Position numbers and translations under genes: made by a program | Shown: positions 60,201 to 64,000 of the stretch, piece by piece | How positions within the stretch are numbered: position 1 is the stretch's first letter | Layout of the letters: every line of letters begins with the position of its first letter | The notes under the pieces: model-generated | The model's input: only the letters and a program-made list of their open reading frames with translations | Database searches by the model: none | What the model was told of the DNA's origin: nothing | Assembly (NCBI GenBank): GCA_973895155.1 | Contig: OZ316896.1 | Coordinates: forward strand, 7,114,580 to 7,178,579 | Length of the DNA: 64,000 nt | DNA from: Marsupella aquatica | Lineage: Eukaryota > Plantae > Marchantiophyta | Reading direction: 5' to 3'

Positions 60201-63200
60201 CTGAGTTTGCAGCCTTCAATTGGTCCTCTAGCTCCTTTATCTTGAGCTTTAACAAGGCTAAGTGCTTAGCCTTTAACCTCTGGTCATTACTCCTTGTCTT
60301 GATCTCAACTTGGGCAGCACCCTTGCTGGTCTGATCAACCTCCTGAGCCATTGTGATAGTGTCTTCTTGGTTGCTCTCCTTGGCTGAGGTCTCAGCCTGC
60401 TTCACCTCCTCGAGACTGGTCACTTCACTGAGACTGGGCAGAGGTGAATGGCTGGTAAGAGCCTCCTGCTCTTGCTCCTCTCCAAACACTTCTTCTTCAG
60501 TCCATTGGCTCACCATGTTCAACATGTATACCTCATCCTCATCAGATTCAGATTTGGTACTCAACTCATCGGAAAGTTCAGAATCATATTCATCCAACTC
60601 ATCAGTAGTCTCTCCTTGATGCTTGTCATGACCCCATGAAACTGAAGTGGCTGGTTTGCCAAACCTAAACTCCTTCTTGCCCCAATCAGACACTACTTTG
60701 GCTCCATATAGCCAAGGCCTCCCAATCAAGATTGGGTAAGTAGATGGCCTTGCTGGTCTCATCACCAAGTAATTCAACAAGAACTCCTGCCCCCCAATGA
60801 GAGTAGGTACTTGAGTAAGTGTCCCCACCGGTAGCACTCTTGCTCCATTTGCTAGCCTCATTGTCCTTGCTGTTGGCTGAAGTTTCTTGAAACCTAGTTG
60901 TTGGGCAGTAGCCTCAATCATGATATTCACACCTGAGCCTCCATCAACTGGTACATACGAGAGTACACACCCATTTACTTGAACATCAATCTCAGGTGCT
61001 CCAAGGTCTTCACAAACCATCATCACATCAGCTGGGGTACCAACCTTTGGAAGCTTCCTTCTTCTCCTTCCTACCAACATCTCCTTCAGTTGCCTCCTAT
61101 ACAAAGGGTTGTCTTTGATCAGCTGCCCCACTGTAGCAGTAACCAAACAATCTTTCACATCCTTCTTGATGTCATAAGAGGGTACCTTGCTGGTCTCTTT
61201 CTTCTCTTCCACCTCAGCTTTTTCCTTCAAAGCTTTAGCAACCTTCAGGTCTTTGTTGATGGCCTCTTGATGCTCCTTAGCCTCCATCTCCTCTAGTTGC
61301 CTCTTGACTTCCTCATTCACCTTGGGATAGAAGAGCTTCGGATGGTCTCTCTTGTAGTCACTATCTTCAGCTGGTGGGACTTGAACTTCTGCTCCAACTT
61401 CAACTTCGATTGGTGACTCCGTTGAGTGCTCCTTTCTCTCCTTCCTCTTCTTCCTCTCTTCCACTCTTTCCTTCTTTCTTGTGGACCTGGTAGACACCTT
61501 GTAACACACAGCTTCCTCCTCAGGTGTCTCCATTCCTGGTAGATCTGGCTGGTTCTCCCCACCAGCAACTTGTGTCACTCCATCTTTGGCCTCCTCTTGC
61601 CACTCCATACTCAAGAAGTTCACTGTGGCTTCACCGGGAGCCTTGGCAACCGCTGGTGGTGGTGCTTCTATCCTTCCTATCATCATCTTGGCAGCAGATC
61701 CAATAGGACAGTTGGCTGTGGTATGACCCTCCCTTTTGCACACAGCACAAAGAGGATAGGGAGCTCCTTGTCCCTGCCTCCTTGGTTCGGGGCAACTGTT
61801 GGAATAGTGCCCTGGTTTTTGACAGTTCCAGCAGATCACCACGGTAGTTCTTGCCACTCCCCCAGGTCCTTGAGGTCCCATTTGATCCACCATCCTTGGT
61901 TGAAGACCAGGCATCAGTTGAGGTGCCATGGGTGGAGCTGGTCTTCCTTGCAAAGTTCTTGGGCCTCCTGAAATCTGGTACACCATCTCCGGGGCTTCTT
62001 CATAGAAGTAGTCCACCACTTCACTTGCTTGATAAACATCGTTGGACTCTTCATTGACATACTGAACTTGATTCCTCCAACCTTGACACTCTTGAGGTGT
62101 ATGGCCAAAACTCTTGCACTTGACACACCATACATGGGCTCTATTCACCGGCACTTTTCTCCTATCAGGTTGCACACCAGCAAAGTGAACTGATAGGGCC
62201 TTGAGTTGGTTGGTGATCTCACTCATCTTGTTATCCATCACCTTCTTCTCCTTGGTTGCTGGTGTAGAACCTTCCACCAAGTTGAAGGTTGCAGATTTGT
62301 GGTGCTTACCACCTGGCTTCTTCTTGCTGGCTCTCCTCTTCTGGTCGCTTTTTCTCTTTGCCTTCTTCTTCTTCTTCTTCTTCTTCTTCTCGGAGTCCTC
62401 CTCAGAATCAGATTCTGAATCAGAACTGGAACTACTCTCCTCAGATTCCGACTCAGAAGTATCCTCAACTGAACTACTTGATTCACTTGAGCTAGAAGAA
62501 GAATCACTATAAGCAAATCGCTTCTTCTTTCTCCTACTCTTGGAACTAGAGATCTCAGCACTCCTATAAGACTGAGCCGCCTCAATGGCCTCATCCAACG
62601 TATTAGGGTGAGATTGCCTTACTGAGACACCCATCTTCTTGGGTAGGCTTGCCACAAACCAAGCCAACAACATGGAGTCTACTGGTCTGGGGTCAAGCTT
62701 GGTAGCTAACCTTTGAAACCTTTGCAGAAACCTCCTTACTGACTCCTTGGATCCCATTCTGATCTCTCCCATCTTGATCAGAGCTTCCGATTCTTCTCCC
62801 ACCTTCCTAAACTCCTGCAAGAATGCTAGCTTGAAGGCATCCCAATCATTCTTGATGGCATTTGATAGGCTATTGAACCAAGGTCTTGCTTCTCCTCTCA
62901 AGACCCCCGCCAAAGTGGTCAACTTAATATCAAACTCTCCATTGGCTTGGGCTGTCCCAATGAAGTCCTCCAACCAAGCATCAGGATCCTCCTTGGGCTT
63001 GCCATGGAATGTCTTGTACTGAAATCTTGCTCTTTGAGTCACCACCATGGCTGCTTCTTGATCTTCACTTGTGTTGGTAGTGGAAGAAGATGTATCACTC
63101 CACCCTACACCAGGTTCCGCTTCAGCTTGCAAATGAATGTCCACCCAATCTGGTTGCTCCAACTGGTCACCAAAGTTGAAACTAAGAGAGGCTTCTTTTA

Positions 63201-63225
63201 GTGCTTGACTCCTTGTAGTGGGCAT
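57247..63225 (-). CDS. Gag-Pol polyprotein (gag, 3 CCHC knuckles, protease, RT, RNase H, integrase)
   Basis: Uninterrupted ORF, likely start MPTTRSQ. Motifs: VDGGSGVNI, CQDFRKLN, LDGYSGYNQI, MPFGLCNAP, FIDDF, VDVSG..TDH, GGHY..CDPCQ, WGIDFIGP, SDRGTHF, NGLTER, WLGPY. Confidence 0.97.
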   Translation of the reverse strand: MPTTRSQALKEASLSFNFGDQLEQPDWVDIHLQAEAEPGVGWSDTSSSTTNTSEDQEAAMVVTQRARFQYKTFHGKPKEDPDAWLEDFIGTAQANGEFDIKLTTLAGVLRGEARPWFNSLSNAIKNDWDAFKLAFLQEFRKVGEESEALIKMGEIRMGSKESVRRFLQRFQRLATKLDPRPVDSMLLAWFVASLPKKMGVSVRQSHPNTLDEAIEAAQSYRSAEISSSKSRRKKKRFAYSDSSSSSSESSSSVEDTSESESEESSSSSDSESDSEEDSEKKKKKKKKKAKRKSDQKRRASKKKPGGKHHKSATFNLVEGSTPATKEKKVMDNKMSEITNQLKALSVHFAGVQPDRRKVPVNRAHVWCVKCKSFGHTPQECQGWRNQVQYVNEESNDVYQASEVVDYFYEEAPEMVYQISGGPRTLQGRPAPPMAPQLMPGLQPRMVDQMGPQGPGGVARTTVVICWNCQKPGHYSNSCPEPRRQGQGAPYPLCAVCKREGHTTANCPIGSAAKMMIGRIEAPPPAVAKAPGEATVNFLSMEWQEEAKDGVTQVAGGENQPDLPGMETPEEEAVCYKVSTRSTRKKERVEERKKRKERKEHSTESPIEVEVGAEVQVPPAEDSDYKRDHPKLFYPKVNEEVKRQLEEMEAKEHQEAINKDLKVAKALKEKAEVEEKKETSKVPSYDIKKDVKDCLVTATVGQLIKDNPLYRRQLKEMLVGRRRRKLPKVGTPADVMMVCEDLGAPEIDVQVNGCVLSYVPVDGGSGVNIMIEATAQQLGFKKLQPTARTMRLANGARVLPVGTLTQVPTLIGGQEFLLNYLVMRPARPSTYPILIGRPWLYGAKVVSDWGKKEFRFGKPATSVSWGHDKHQGETTDELDEYDSELSDELSTKSESDEDEVYMLNMVSQWTEEEVFGEEQEQEALTSHSPLPSLSEVTSLEEVKQAETSAKESNQEDTITMAQEVDQTSKGAAQVEIKTRSNDQRLKAKHLALLKLKIKELEDQLKAANSEEDETQEDQHSSKEKEELSAENAPVYGGMRLAQLEGTFDSTMRNKMEVIRAEQYRTISVQQDKTFNLGNALGSGEEKTIQDLLGEYVDVFAWSHLDLTGVNPELGEHRIDLMLGASPVRQRQYRMNPKYSLMVKEEIDKLLEAGFIYPVLNSEWVSPIVIVPKKPGLDGKPKIRVCQDFRKLNEATKKDHYPIPFTDMVLDLVAGWEVYSFLDGYSGYNQIWIRKEDQLKTAFTTEWGIYAFRRMPFGLCNAPGMFQRLMMNIFHDYLRKFLEVFIDDFAVFGRGKDHVEHLRMTFQRCREVGLKLHPGKCFFGVEEGILLGHKVSKKGIEVDQEKVAVWMAVKFPTSVTELRGFLGCLNYYRRFIKDFAKVALPLTSMLKKGAEVEPSVERLASFQELKNRLVEAPILIAPDWSREFHVYVDVSGFCIGVVLSQLDDQNRDHPIYFASRLLAPAEKNYSPTDREALGIIYSCKKFRHYLLGYKVVFHTDHNALKYMVNKPDVTGRVARWILLLQEFDYEVRVRPGKKHGNADFFSRIEGEEDLKEVDDQFPDEDLFHVGSGGDTWYLDIIQFLLTTRLPRDLNQEEAAVFLRKIRPYLLVKGVLHKEGVDGRLRRCLEKKEISIVMRAMHEEEAGGHYASATTARKILDAGYWWPTLHKDVSLFVRGCDPCQRTGKPAHSRHHPLTTILPLAPFEKWGIDFIGPITPVTRSRRNRYILLATDYATKWVEARPTSKDNALTVARFMYQQIFTRFGPPLELVSDRGTHFLNEVVEELTNHYLIKHRKTTPYHPKANGLTERANGIIGKILNKTVAAHKTDWDDKLYSAVYSYNLAFKTTTGHSPFYLVFGQHSLVPVEFEVPTLRVSVEERMEADQSLMERAYQLEELEEIREEASKQVKKKQAQVKQHHDKKLKKPTSLLAGQLVLLYDSRYAHFPGKLHTRWLGPYVVHQVYANGSIQLATLEGEVFPTRVHHDRLKRYFNQE

Positions 63226-63331
63226 GCCACTCACAATCACCTTCTTATCTCCCTTCTTCTCTTGAACAGCAAACCTGCAAACACACCTCCAAGTCTTGTG
63301 GCTCCACTCCAACAAAAACTGTAAAGAGTTG

Positions 63332-63349
63332 TCCCCGGCAGCGGCGCCA
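63332..63349 (-). promoter_or_regulatory. Primer-binding site, Athila tRNA-Asp type
   Basis: TGGCGCCGCTGCCGGGGA, identical to the PBS at 40612-40629. Confidence 0.88.
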
Positions 63350-63369
63350 AAAACAAGGGTGGGACTCTA

Positions 63370-64000
63370 TGTCAAACACTTGCCAAGGAGCTTAAGCGGC
63401 TTTTCTCCCCAAAAGACTACCTAATACCTGCTCCATGTCATACCAGGGTCACAAAGGATTGACAAAACTTCTGAAGTGTGCTTACAATGTCCAATCACTC
63501 CATACATAAGTAGTTTCAACTCTCCACTTCTAGAGAGGTAGTCCCCTTGACTACTTTTGTACTCACCCCTTCCCCTCTCCTCTACTCCAAGGATCAGCAA
63601 GGGGGATCTCCGCTCCAAGCTGTCACCTTAGAGTAGATTCTCACACAAACACCCAAGAACCCAAAGTACTTTCCTCTTCAAGCTTAAGTCTCCTCAAGAC
63701 CCTCAAAGTAGTGTTACCCCTCAACCTTGCCCCCCTGGCCTTGGTTTGGGTCCACACATCCCCTTTGAGCCCTAGAGAAGGCTCCTCTATCTAAGGACTC
63801 TTCCTCTTGTTCTTACTTCTTGTTAACACCACACACCAAGCAAAGTACTTTCCACCCTCAAGCTATAATCCTCTCTAAGTCTCAAAGTAATGCTATACCT
63901 TAACCTTGCCTCCTTGGCCTTGGTTTTGTACTAGCACATCCCCTTCAAGCTTAGACCAAGATTATACCATAGCATGGACTCTTCTCTTGCTCTCATATAC
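63370..64000 (-). repeat. 5' LTR (partial)
   Basis: Matches 54024-54654; the same 65-aa incidental ORF is found in both. Confidence 0.95.

Larger units (their letters stand above)
54024..64000 (-). mobile_element. Intact young Athila-like Ty3/Gypsy LTR retrotransposon (5' LTR runs off the window)
   Basis: LTR-PBS-gag/pol-PPT-LTR layout; LTR copies offset by 9346 bp with no differences spotted by eye. Confidence 0.95.

Noticed and set aside
58162-63201. Antisense ORFs over gag-pol
   Set aside because: Short shadows of the polyprotein's codon bias.
1-64000. tRNA, rRNA or other structured RNA genes
   Set aside because: None recognised; the only tRNA-related sequences are the two 18-nt primer-binding sites.

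Overview
Eukaryotic, transposon-dense nuclear DNA, most consistent with a non-seed land plant (TTTAGGG repeat, GT-AG introns, Athila/Copia/CACTA/MULE/RTEX-type elements). The species cannot be identified from the sequence. The window is a nest of mobile elements. (1) A young RTEX-like LINE family with 181-bp 5' monomers and (TTACCA)n tails is present as four pieces between 2.8 and 16.2 kb. One piece is spliced and capped by telomeric repeat, and two form a double-tailed head-to-head insertion. (2) A probable large CACTA element ends at 22239 inside a Copia RT. Upstream of that end lie a RING-H2 gene, a ParB/DGQHR-like + beta-class DNA amino-methyltransferase-like gene and an FCP/SCP phosphatase gene. 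(3) A SWIM-finger MULE-like element carries a second, divergent methyltransferase-like gene. (4) Two LTR families carry a long ORF inside the LTR itself, including a 4.5-kb solo LTR with a CCCCT TSD. (5) An intact, very young Athila-like Ty3/Gypsy element runs off the right edge. One probable host gene lies near 29 kb. The main candidate for an undescribed system is that both DNA-transposon regions pair a catalytically degenerate methyltransferase-fold gene with their own palindrome, repeated mainly in introns and non-coding DNA (parS-like or VANC-like logic). All domain calls are motif recognition by eye, not database hits.
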